From Macrostomum lignano (Eukaryota): 64,000 bases of DNA. The notes under the pieces were generated by a model. It was given only the letters and a program-made list of their open reading frames with translations, had not been told where the DNA came from and did no database searches. Below are positions 1-10,644 of the stretch, piece after piece (position 1 is the first letter of the stretch; every line of letters starts with the position of its first letter). The translations under genes and the position numbers were made by a program. The stretch is from the NCBI GenBank assembly GCA_002269645.1, contig NIVC01001638.1:62001-126000 (forward strand), read 5' to 3'.

Positions 1-196
1 TAGAACAGAGGATCAAATTGGGGTAGAACAGATGATCAAATTGGGGTAGAACAGATGATCGAATTGGGGTAGAACAGAGGATCAAATTGGGGTAGAACAG
101 ATGATCAAATTGGGGTAGAACAGATGATCAAATTGGGGTAGAACAGAGGATCAAATTGGGGTAGAACAGATGATCAAATTGGGGTAGAACAGAGGT
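1..196. repeat. 23-bp tandem repeat (TAGAACAGA(G/T)GATCAAATTGGGG), probably intronic to the PP2C gene
   Basis: About 8.5 near-identical copies, running off the left edge of the window. Confidence 0.95.
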
Positions 197-234
197 TCAG
201 ACAGTATCCCAAACAAGCATAAGAATTGGACTAG

Positions 235-1915
235 AGATTAAATTATGAAAGAAAAGTCTCTCAAACTCGTCAAACAAACAGGCAAGCGCAAAAAAATCGC
301 GGCCGACGCAATGAAGATCGCCTATTGGTGTCGGCATTCTCGCCGGACGCCAATAGCCAGGCGAATTTCTTGGCCGTTCTGGACGGTCACGGCGGCAGCG
401 ACGGAGCCGACTTGGCCGCTTCCTATCTGCTGCCATTGTTCCTGTCTTATTCTTTTCATAGCGACTCTGATAGCAAGTCAGAATTGGTTGAAAAACTTCG
501 TCGAACGTTTGTCGATGCCGACGCGAAATTGGGCGAAGCCGCTAGCCAATGCGGAGCATCGGGCGGAGCCACTTGCACGGTTTGTTCGGGGCATGAAAAT
601 TTTATTTGTGTCCCAACTGTGGGGAAATACTTCAGTGTTTTTCTTATGGTAATCTCCGATATCCCGATATTCATCCTGATCCCAAATATCCCTACAAATC
701 CCTATCAAATCCCAAATATCCCTACAATCCCTATCTTATCCCCGATATCCATCCTAATCCCAAATATCCCTACAAATCCGTATCTAATCCCAAATATCCC
801 CACAAATCCCTGTCTAATCCTAATTATATTCTAGAAATCCCCTAATCTCAAATGTCCTCACAAATTCCTATCTAATCCCAAATATCCCTACAATCCCTAT
901 CTTATCCCCGATATCCATCCTAATCCCAAAAATCCCTAAAAATCCGTATCTAATCCCAAATATCCCTACAATTCCTATCTTATCCCCGATATCCATCCTA
1001 ATCCCAAAAATCCCTAAAAATCCGTATCTAATCCCAAATATCCCTACAATCCCTATCTTATCCCCGATATCCATCCTAATCCCAAAAATCCCTACAAATC
1101 CGTATCTAATGCCAAATATCCTAAGAATCCCTATCTAACCCCAAATATCCCATCCCATCTACTTCCAAACATCCCTACAAATCCCTATCTAATCCCAAAT
1201 GTCCCCCAAAATCCGTATGTAATCCCAGATATCCCTAAAAATCCCTTTATAATGCCAAGCGTCCCTACGTAATCTCAGATATCCATACAAATGGTTATAT
1301 AATCCCAAATATCCCCGCAAATCCTTTTCTGTTTGAAATGTTGCATCCTAAGTTGGGATGCCTAACTGCTGGTAGCGGATTAAACATGTAAGTATAATGT
1401 CTTCACTCTTAAAAAAACAGGTGTGCATCTTATCCGGTGATCAGTTAACTGTAGCCTGGGCTGGCGACTCGGAAGCCTGGCTAGTGCATAGCAACGGCCT
1501 AGCAACCCAGCTGACAGCGCCGCCGCATAGGCCCAGCATCCCGGCTGAGCGTAGCCGAGTGGAATCTGCTGGCGGCTTCGTGATGGACGGCAACCCGCCA
1601 AGACTGAATGGCGTGCTGGCTGTCACTCGCAGTCTGGGCGATCGCGGAGTTACAGGATCAACACCTGAACCGGAAGTCGTGCATCGGCAATTGAAACTCA
1701 GCGAAGATGCAGACGGAAGTAAAGATGTCTGCGTAGTGCTGGCTAGCGATGGGCTGTGGGACGCTGTGGCGCCTAACGATGCAGCCGCCGCGCTAGTTGC
1801 TATGCAAGCTGATGACTCAACTAAGAGCGAAGCTGCAGCTGCTAATGCTCTGATTGATATGGCTGTGGCTGCCGGGTCAACCGATAATGTGACCGTTGTT
1901 GTAGCTTGGTTGTGA
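235..1915 (+). CDS. PP2C-family Ser/Thr phosphatase, PPM1E/PPM1F-like (3' exons; 5' end uncertain)
   Basis: Exons ~235-579 and 1421-1915, joined by a phase-0 intron (GTTTGT...AAACAG). Motifs: GRRNEDR, FLAVLDGHGG, GATCT|VCILSGDQLTVAWAGDS, ERSRVESAGG, RLNGVLAVTRSLGD, VVLASDGLWD, GSTDNVTVVV. The W in AWxGDS is typical of PPM1E/F. In-frame stops at 220 and 232 limit the upstream start of the first exon. Confidence 0.88.
650..1320. repeat. Degenerate ATCCC-rich minisatellite in the PP2C intron
   Basis: Repeated ATCCCAAATATCCCTACAAATCCCTATCT units, plus larger duplicated blocks. Confidence 0.9.
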
Positions 1916-3568
1916 CTGCTTGCAGTCTGCTGAAGTGCGTGTCAATACTGATTAGTTCATGTACACCCGAAAAGTTCGTTGAAAACAACTGAAGTTTAAA
2001 TTAGCCCTAACACACTATACTACTTTCTTTTAGTAGTTAAAAGCTGAAATAATTTTTGTGCTCCTAACATTTAGTTGAAAATTAAACGTTATTGAACGTA
2101 AAACGTTATCGTGACAAGATTCGCTTAAAGAGTCATTGTAAACTGGGGCGACGCTTGAGTCACGAGTGCATCACTTCTTGAGTTGTAGAAGATTTGTTGT
2201 GTTAGCTCTTAACTTTCTACTTACTCAAGTAGACTCATTAGGGTTTTTATCAATGGGAAATACAATACTTCCTGAGTCAGAGCCTGATGCGCGTCGTCTG
2301 AGCTGCTCTCATCTGCCCACATTAATTCATTTTGTTTATATCAGCAATATATCAGGCTTATTTATTGTTTGTTGTGAGTTTAAATCATTTCTATTAATTA
2401 GGCATAGATTGCTGGTACATATACTCACTTCAGACTCAAAAATTTGAATAGCTAATCGACACAAAACGTTTTGTTCATTGCGGTGCTTCAAGTAATTGGA
2501 CTTTGAAATTCAAACGAGTGCGGTTATACATATAGGCATATATATATACTTACTGAATACTTTTAGTAGCATAATAATCGTTAGGTTTTACACTCTTCTC
2601 TTCTCTCATACACACACAAAGTATGTGTACTTATGTAATTATGCCTACTATTTCCTTTGTAAATCTTTCTCAGGCAGCGATATGGGCGAGCCAGTGTATC
2701 CAGAACGAAAATTTAATCTCTGTTATTGTTTTACTGTTGTCAGGAATTGTTTACATCGATGACAATTAATGTTAAACGTGTTACGCATTCGTGTTAACTG
2801 CCATTTGCATATACAATATATAATGTGCACAAATTTATCTGTAAAATATAAACTGAGTTATTTATTTTATCTTTCTGCTTTTTTAGTAAATCATATGGTA
2901 ACGTTGGTATAGGTCTCATTAGTAGCACTTACATATGCTACTCATTTGCTATAATCTATTATCTATTCAGTAGTGAGATTAGCGTTTCTTGCCTTTAAAG
3001 CAAGAGTAAGTAGGATAGGCCAAATAGTTTTTTTCACAATTTTAATTTCGAGTGCTAATTGGTTATATCAGTGACTCAAACCATTTTTAGTAGACACTCT
3101 CTGTTCAAAGTAGAGAGTAGCAAAAGTACTCTCTGTTCAGTAGTATGAGCGTAAAAAGCAATTATTAAGTTATTCAGCTAGCTCCACTATAGTATTTTGA
3201 TCCACTGCTAGGCTATAGGCTTGGCCATAGACAAAACAATTGAAAGCGGCAAATTTTGGCGCCGCAGGCAGGCAACTCATTTTTGCGTCGCAGAGAGGCG
3301 CTTATCTTGGCGCCGAAGACGCTATATTTTGGCGCCTGAAGCAAAATTATTGATTCCCATGACAGGTCACAAGGTGGTGAATCCTAAAGATTCCTGATCG
3401 AACGGTGCAAGTTAAGTAAAAATCGGTTGAATCGTTTTTGCTAACAATTAAACGTATGAGAAAGAACTCATCTTTAGTATAGTGATGAACTTTCTTTAGT
3501 TTTATTAAACCTAAGACCATATTTGAAATTTATGATTGTTGCATCAAAGCATCAAAAAACCAACAACA

Positions 3569-5461
3569 ATGGACAATAAGAAACGCGGCAATAGATCAAA
3601 GAATACCGCCGCTGGAAAACGCAAAGCCTCTGAGCAGAAACGAGCTCAGAATCGGGACAGACGGGTTTACCGACACGACAAAACTGACAATGGCAGTGAT
3701 AATGAAGGCTTAGCGCACAGAATTGCAGGCGCAACAGCTGCATCCGACAATGGCAAGAGTAGCGACGAAGATTTGAATCAATCGAAGCTTTCCATACCCT
3801 TAGCAATGTGGGATCTAGGTCATTGCGATCCGAAAAAGTGCACCGGACGTCGTCTGACCCGACTGGGATTAGTGTCGGAACTTCGACTTGGTAGTCGTTT
3901 TGGCGGCGTAGTTTTGACGCCAGTTGCTACGGAGCAGATTTCTCCAGCCGATGCCGAAATCGTTCGTCGGGGAGGCCTAGCCGTAGTGGATTGCTCCTGG
4001 GCACAGTTGCAATCGACTCCCTGGTCGCGTATGAAGTGTCACAATGAACGACTGCTTCCTTACTTGGTAGCTGCTAATCCTGTCAATTATGGCAAGCCGA
4101 TTAATCTATCTTGCGTAGAAGCATTCGCTGCTGGGTTATCCATAGTGGGATTGGACTCCGATGCCGATATTGTGCTATCAAGATTCGGCTGGGGTGAAGC
4201 ATTTCGTCAGCTCAATGCCGACTTGTTAGACGCCTATGCTGCTTGTCGCGATGCTAATGATGTTAAGGAAGTGCAGTCGCGTCATCTTGCTAGTTTGGCC
4301 GCCGAAAGTGATAACCGTAGGCGCCTGTCGTATGGAGAGCTGGCCAAGGAGTTAGAGGAGCAGCTGGGCGGAGAGCGTAGCGATGATTGTCATGATGCTG
4401 ATGATGAGGAACACGATGAATCTTTCCAGATTCAGACTCGCGAATCTACATCAGTAAGGGAGGCTGATGCTGCCGACCAGCATAGAGAGAAAGAGATTGA
4501 CTCTAGTCAGACTGATGTCCAGATTGAGACGCCTTCTGAGAACCAGACTCGCGAGACATCATCACCAACAGAGGCCGAAGCTGATGACCATCAAAAAGAC
4601 CAAGCTGATGACGAGTCATCTTTCCAGAATAAAACCCGCGATCCTCGTCCGCTGACAGAAACGGAGCAACAGTTGCTGTCCAGTCAGCAACTAGTGAACG
4701 ATTTTCGTGCCAATAAAATTGACTCAGAGGTGCAGCGTAATTGGGACAAATTCTACAATCGCAATGGCGATAGATTCTTTCGCGATCGGCATTGGACTAA
4801 GAGGGAGTTTGTAGAGCTGGCTGGTAGGCAAAACGATGGTGGCGACCAGCCGCTGATCCTGGCTGAGCTGGGCTGCGGCGTTGGCAACTTTGCCATGCCG
4901 CTGCTAGCTGAGCTGCCCAATCTGCGATTGTTGGCTTGCGATTTCTCTCCTCGGGCAGTGAACATGGCTGTGCAACGTTGGCAACGAGAACGAACTGACG
5001 AGAATGACAATCGGTTCAAAGCATTCTGCGCCGATTTAACTTCGTCTGATTTTGTCTTGTTGGCTGCTGGGCATCTGGACGATTGGAATGAAAGCAGCGT
5101 TCACTTAGCCGCTATGGTGTTTGTACTGTCGGCTATTAAACCCGCGGAAATGCCAACCGCAGTTGCTAATGCCGCAGCCCTGTTGTGCTCGGGTGGTCGA
5201 TTGTTAATTAGAGACTACGGCTTGCACGACCACTGCCAGCTGAGGTTTGGTCGAGGCACCAAGCTAGCCGAGTCGCGCTACGTGCGTCAGGACGGCACCT
5301 GTTCGTATTTCTTCACTGTTGAAGAGTTGGAATCGCTGTGCCAAGGTGCCGGTCTGCGAGTGCTGCAGTGCTGCTACGTGCTCAGGGAGACAATTAATAG
5401 GCGGGAAGGTGTTCGAGCTGATCGAGTGTTTGTACAGGCTGTAGCTGAGAAGATTGCCTAA
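3569..5461 (+). CDS. TSR3-METTL6: Intronless fusion protein (630 aa): N-terminal TSR3 18S rRNA aminocarboxypropyltransferase, acidic linker, C-terminal METTL6-type tRNA m3C32 methyltransferase
   Basis: ATG at 3569 (the ORF track starts at a TTG at 3536). TSR3 part ~3790-4300: LAMWDLGHCDPKKCTGRRL, AVVDCSWA, RLLPYLVAANPVNYGKPINLSCVEAFAA, FGWGEAF. METTL6 part ~4630-5461: NWDKFY, FFRDRHWTKREF, ELGCGVGN, ACDFSPRAV, FVLSAI, LIRDYGLHDHCQLRF, YVRQDGTCSYFF, RVFVQA. There is no stop codon between the two domains. Confidence 0.93.
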   Translation: MDNKKRGNRSKNTAAGKRKASEQKRAQNRDRRVYRHDKTDNGSDNEGLAHRIAGATAASDNGKSSDEDLNQSKLSIPLAMWDLGHCDPKKCTGRRLTRLGLVSELRLGSRFGGVVLTPVATEQISPADAEIVRRGGLAVVDCSWAQLQSTPWSRMKCHNERLLPYLVAANPVNYGKPINLSCVEAFAAGLSIVGLDSDADIVLSRFGWGEAFRQLNADLLDAYAACRDANDVKEVQSRHLASLAAESDNRRRLSYGELAKELEEQLGGERSDDCHDADDEEHDESFQIQTRESTSVREADAADQHREKEIDSSQTDVQIETPSENQTRETSSPTEAEADDHQKDQADDESSFQNKTRDPRPLTETEQQLLSSQQLVNDFRANKIDSEVQRNWDKFYNRNGDRFFRDRHWTKREFVELAGRQNDGGDQPLILAELGCGVGNFAMPLLAELPNLRLLACDFSPRAVNMAVQRWQRERTDENDNRFKAFCADLTSSDFVLLAAGHLDDWNESSVHLAAMVFVLSAIKPAEMPTAVANAAALLCSGGRLLIRDYGLHDHCQLRFGRGTKLAESRYVRQDGTCSYFFTVEELESLCQGAGLRVLQCCYVLRETINRREGVRADRVFVQAVAEKIA

Positions 5462-6001
5462 GTCTATAGTTGCTTTTTAAACTATCCAGTAGTCTTTAAA
5501 ACACTTGATGACGGCATTTTGTTCTGAAACATCTGTAAAACAGCATTGGTTTAACTGGTAAAAGGTGTATAAAAGTTTCGGTGATTTAACACTGACATCA
5601 AAATAAGGCATGAAGAAATCTATTGATCGCTTGTTGCAGTGGCACAACGTAATGATTAAAATGCTTTAAAATTGTTGTTCAAACAGGAATTGTAAATAAA
5701 TCTTGAGATATATGCTAGCTAGTTCCTGACAGGAAGTTTGGAGTTTCATTCGTCATTGTTGCTTTATTTCAATTTGATTGTCTTCTGTAATCTATGATTA
5801 TAATTGTGTAGGATAGGAATAAAGAAACCGTTATATATTTACTTTATTGTGATTTTAAAATATATATATTAGAACCATACTTTTGTTAGTTCTTATCGAA
5901 TAGTTTGGTAGACTGATTGTTGAATTGCTGACAACTCAGCTTGGTTGGTAGTTTAATCATGCAGAGAAGCTACTGAGATTGCCTCACGTTGCTTGAATTT
6001 C

Positions 6002-9000
6002 ATGACAGTTGACAGTTCAGAAACCTGTCAATCAATGGCTGAAAATCAGACGTCAATCAATCAGTCGTCGCCGCATCCATCGGATCCCGATGCAGTCTCA
6101 GATTTGTGTCAGAGTCTGGCTGCAGCCAATACTCGACACGCGGTGCCCGTCAGTTGCGCCATGGACCGGCACCAGTCCATGTACAAGAACCGCGGCCGGG
6201 CGGCCCTCGATCAGGTTGAACGACGTCGAAAAGAATTGGAGTTGCAAAAGCAGCGTCGATTTAATGCAATGTCGCTGGCCCGACGTCTTGCCGAGGACGA
6301 TTGGACTACTAAAGATGTCGATGAAAATGACGATCTTGACGATGATTTAGTATCCGTGGCCGATACTAACGAAACTCTGGCCACCGAGGAGCTCACAGCC
6401 GACGATACAGCCGAGAGCCTTCAGCGGAAACGTCGACCTGGCAAGAATTATCGAAATCAGCTGATGCTGTCCGAATGGTTGATGGAAATACCGGATAATT
6501 TGGAAACTGAATTCTTATTGAAACTCTGTCCGCAGGGCAAGCGAGTGCTAGTTGTGGCTGCTAAGGTTAGTAAGGTTACATGAAAAAGATCTACGGTCCA
6601 TTTTCTTTGAAATGAGGATAACAAAATTCTTTTTTCTTAGAAATTAAGATAGGAATTCAGTTTCTTAAAAATTGAGATGGAAAATCCAGTTTCTTAGAAA
6701 TTGAGATGGAAAATCCAGTTTCATGAAATTGAGATGGAAAATTCAGTTTCTTAGAAATTTGAGTTGGAAAATTCAGTTTCTTATAAACTGAGTTGGAATA
6801 AATCAGTTTCTTATAAACTGAGTTGGAATAAATCAGTTTCTTATAAACTGAGTTGGAATAAATCAGTTTCTTATAAACTGAGTTGGAATAAATCAGTTTC
6901 TTATAAACTGAGTTGGAATAAATCAGTTTCTTATAAACTGAGTTGGAATAAATCAGTTTCTTATAAACTGAGTTGGAATAAATCAATTTCTTATAAACTG
7001 AGTTGGAATAAATCAGTTTCTTATAAACTGAGTTGGAATAAATCAGTTTCTTATAAACTGAGTTGGAATAAATCAGTTTTTTATAAACTGAGTTGGAATA
7101 AATCAGTTTCTTATAAACTGAGTTGGAATAAATCAGTTTCTTATAAACTGAGTTGGAATAAATCAGTTGCTTAGAAATTGAGTTGGAATAATTCAGTTTC
7201 TTAGAAATTGAGATGGAAAATTCAGTTTCTTAGAAATTGAGATGGAAGAATTCAGTTTCTTAGAAATTGAGATGGAAGAATTCAGTTTCTTAGAAATTGA
7301 GATGGAAGAATTCAGTTTCTTAGAAATTGAGATGGAAGAATTCAGTTTCTTAGAAATTGAGATGGAAGAATTCAGTTTCTTAGAAATTGAGATGGAAGAA
7401 TTCAGTTTCTTAGAAATTGAGATGGAAGAATTCAGTTTCTTAGAAATTGAGATGGAAGAATTCAGTTTCTTAGAAATCGAGATGGAAGAATTCAGTTTCT
7501 TAGAAATCGAGATGGAAGTATTCAGTTTCTTAGAAATTGAGATGGAAGAATTCAGTTTCTTAGAAATTGAGATGGAAGAATTCAGTTTCTTAGAAATTGA
7601 GATGGAAGAATTCAGTTTCTTAGAAATTGAGATGGAAGAATTCAGTTTCTTAGAAATTGAGATGGAAGAATTCAGTTTCTTAGAAATTGAGATGGAATAA
7701 TTCAGTTTCTTAGAAATTGAGATGGAAGAATTCAGTTTCTTAGAAATTGAGATGGAAGAATTCAGTTTCTTAGAAATTGAGATGGAAGAATTCAGTTTCT
7801 TAGAAATTGAGATGGAAGAATTCAGTTTCTTAGAAATTGAGATGGAAGAATTCAGTTTCTTAGAAATTGAGATGGAAGAATTCAGTTTCTTAGAAATTGA
7901 GATGGAAGAATTCAGTTTCTTAGAAATTGAGATGGAAGAATTCAGTTTCTTAGAAATTGAGATGGAAGAATTCAGTTTCTTAGAAATTGAGATGGAAGAA
8001 TTCAGTTTCTTAGAAATTGAGATGGAAGAATTCAGTTTCTTAGAAATTGAGATGGAAGAATTCAGTTTCTTAGAAATTGAGATGGAAGAATTCAGTTTCT
8101 TAGAAATTGAGATGGAAGAATTCAGTTTCTTAGAAATCGAGATGGAAGAATTCAGTTTTTAAGAAAATGAGATGGAAGAATTCAGTTTCTTAGAAATTGA
8201 GATGGAAGAATTCAGTTTCTTAGAAATCGAGATGGAAGAATTCAGTTTCTTAGAAATTGATATAGAAGATTCTAGTGTCGTAGAAAGTGAGATGAAAGAT
8301 TCTATTTTCTTTAAAATGGTTGCTGAAGAAAGGTTACTTGTGGTGGGATGTACTTCCATGTATAACGTAATCTTAAGATAATTGACTGCTATTTTTGTGC
8401 TCATAATTGTCTCAATGACTCAAAATATAGCTGCGTTTGTTAGTATTTTAAGCTATTAATAATACTAAAAATTGATTACACCTGCCCTAATTGGGCCAGA
8501 TGTGCAACCGACAGCTCAGCCGCAGATTGCGCGGCGCATCTGAAGGCTGCGTACGGCTGTTCAGTCCAAGGACTGGGGGGTCGCCACACACACCCTCAAT
8601 TACCCCAGCTAATGCAGAGTTAAGTTTCTTGCTCAAGGATACAATTTCTTCTGAGTGGGTGGGTCGAGAATCGAACCCCGACCTTTCAGTCGTGAGTCCG
8701 ACAATGTAACCACTAGGCTGACTATAGCCCCTACTGTTTCAAGCCAGCTGTCTCAATATGGCGCTTTCTCCTAAGACTGAATATGCCACCATCCTGACGC
8801 TTCAATGCGCGAATTGGCAGGGCATCACCAAGACTTTCGATCGTCGAGGCCGCTGCATCATGACCTTCCCGTCTGAGCTGCCTGGCGGCTGCCGCCAGTT
8901 TAGGGCGGGCCTGACAGTGCTGGACTGCATCTGGGACACCAGCAGCTTCCACGTGTTGGACATCATGCACTGGAGAGACCTGCAGCTCTACGATACTGAG

Positions 9001-9566
9001 GTGACCCGGTGTGTTTGAGGCTGGTTCTGTGTCTCTGAGGCTGATTCTGTGTGTCTGAGGCTGATTCTGTGTCTCTGAGGCTGATTCTGTGTGTCTGAGG
9101 CTGATTCTGTGTGTTTGAGGCTGATTCTGTGTCTCTGAGGCTGATTCTGTGTGTCTGAGGCTGATTCTGTCTCTGAGGCTGATTCTGTGTGTCTGAGGCT
9201 GATTCTGTCTCTGAGGCTGATTCTGTGTGTCTGAGGCTGATTCTGTGTGTCTGAGGCTGATTCTGTGTGTCTGAGGCTGATTCTGTGTGTTTGAGGCTGA
9301 TTCTGTGTGTTTGAGGCTGATTCTGTGTGTTTGAGGCTGATTCTGTGTGTTTGAGGCTGATTCTGTGTGTTTGAGGCTGATTCTGTCTCTGAGGCTGATT
9401 CTGTGTCTCTGAGGCTGATTCTGTGTGTCTGAGGCTGATTCTGTGTGTCTGAGGCTGATTCTGTGTGTCTGAGGCTGATTCTGTGTTTCTGAGGCTGATT
9501 TTGTGTTTTCTGAGGCTGATTCTGTGTTTTCTGAGGCTGATTCTGTGTTTTCTGAGGCTGATTCTG

Positions 9567-9601
<35 letters not shown>

Positions 9602-10492
9602 GTCCATCTGTCTGTCTGTCTGTCTGTGTCCATCTGTCTGTCTGTCTGTCTGTCTGTGTCTGTCTGTCAGCCAAATCGGCAATCGTACTGGCTTAGAACT
9701 GCTAAACTATTCATTGGTTTCAATTTGAAACCTAAAAAAAACACAGTCATTATTTGTTTCCACCTCAGACTTCCCTCCGCTTCCACTGGCTGGAGACCAA
9801 CTTTGTCGAATCTGCGCCGAACGTTTGCCGACGAACGCCGAAAAATCGACATCCGTTTCTCATTGTTGAGTCGCACTCCTGCCAGCGAGAGCGTCTGGCG
9901 GAATTCCTGACGTTGCAGCCGCCCTTCCCGGTGAGTGAAAGCCTTCTTAGGAAGATTCTTAGAAATAGGGTTTGTTATATGCCTAACGATAAAAGGGCCG
10001 CTGTACACTCCTGTGTGAGTGTGTGCCTGTGCGTTTGACTGCGTACGTATCCGCGCGCTTGTGTGCCTGCTCAGGGGAGTCGGCGTAATGGGCAGCAATG
10101 TCTCTGATCGGTTGTGTGACAATTTCGCTTGAAGTTCACATGGCTCCTGTCTCTATGATAACACACCAAAATTTCAATATGATGCATCACCTGATCTCTC
10201 GCCAACCCAGCTAGATGGAGTGCTGTTCTATCATCAGCGCGGCGCTTACACATTCGGGCACACATCGCTGGTTGGCTGGCTGAAGCCGTACATGCTGACG
10301 GAGGTGCTCGGACTGCCCTGCCATCAGCACTACTCCATCGGATTGCCAGCTGACTATCAGGGCTGGCTGGTCGATGTCGAACGATTTGAGGCCACTCGAA
10401 GGCAGATGGCTCTGGCCTATAGTCAGGATAGGCAACTGCGGCGGCAGCAGCAACAGACTCGATCGGAGAATTCTCACTCCATGGTTGACTGA
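6002..10492 (+). CDS. SNUPN: Snurportin-1 (m3G-cap-specific snRNP import adaptor)
   Basis: Exons 6002 (or 6035)-6565, 8821-9000, 9769-9930 and 10211-10492; all introns are phase 0 and GT-AG. IBB region DQVERRRKELELQKQRR...ARRLAEDDW, then NQLMLSEWL, LCPQGKRVLVVA, ELPGG, TVLDCIW, VLDIMHW, LRFHWL, DGVLFYH, LVGWLKPYML. Confidence 0.95.
6655..8275. repeat. 30-bp satellite in SNUPN intron 1, with two successive variants
   Basis: TCAGTTTCTTATAAACTGAGTTGGAATAAA (to ~7170), then TTCAGTTTCTTAGAAATTGAGATGGAAGAA. Confidence 0.97.
8503..8732 (-). mobile_element. tRNA-derived CORE-type SINE copy with an internal deletion
   Basis: The reverse complement has an A box (AGCCTAGTGG), a B box (GGTTCGATTC) and CCTTGAGCAAGAAACTTAACTCTG. 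It shares its 3' body with the copy at 25112 but lacks the second half of the CORE. Confidence 0.85.
9010..9668. repeat. ~20-bp minisatellite (GAGGCTGATTCTGTGTGTCT) followed by (GTCT)n, SNUPN intron 2
   Basis: Direct inspection of the sequence. Confidence 0.95.
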
Positions 10493-10644
10493 TTTTCAAT
10501 TTCTCTATTGAACTGTTCGAATTATATGATCCGGTGTGATTATTCAGTGTTTCAGTTTTATATTTTTTTCTTGCTTACTTTGACTTTCGAAAAAAATGAT
10601 TAAAAATGGAGATAATACAATCAGTTTTCCTAAATATTGGCATG

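Noticed and set aside
6657-8404. MEEFSFLEIE and SVSYKLSWNK repeat ORFs; likewise 10575-11664 and 11912-12754
   Set aside because: These are stop-free frames of 30-bp and 15-bp repeats inside an intron or spacer.
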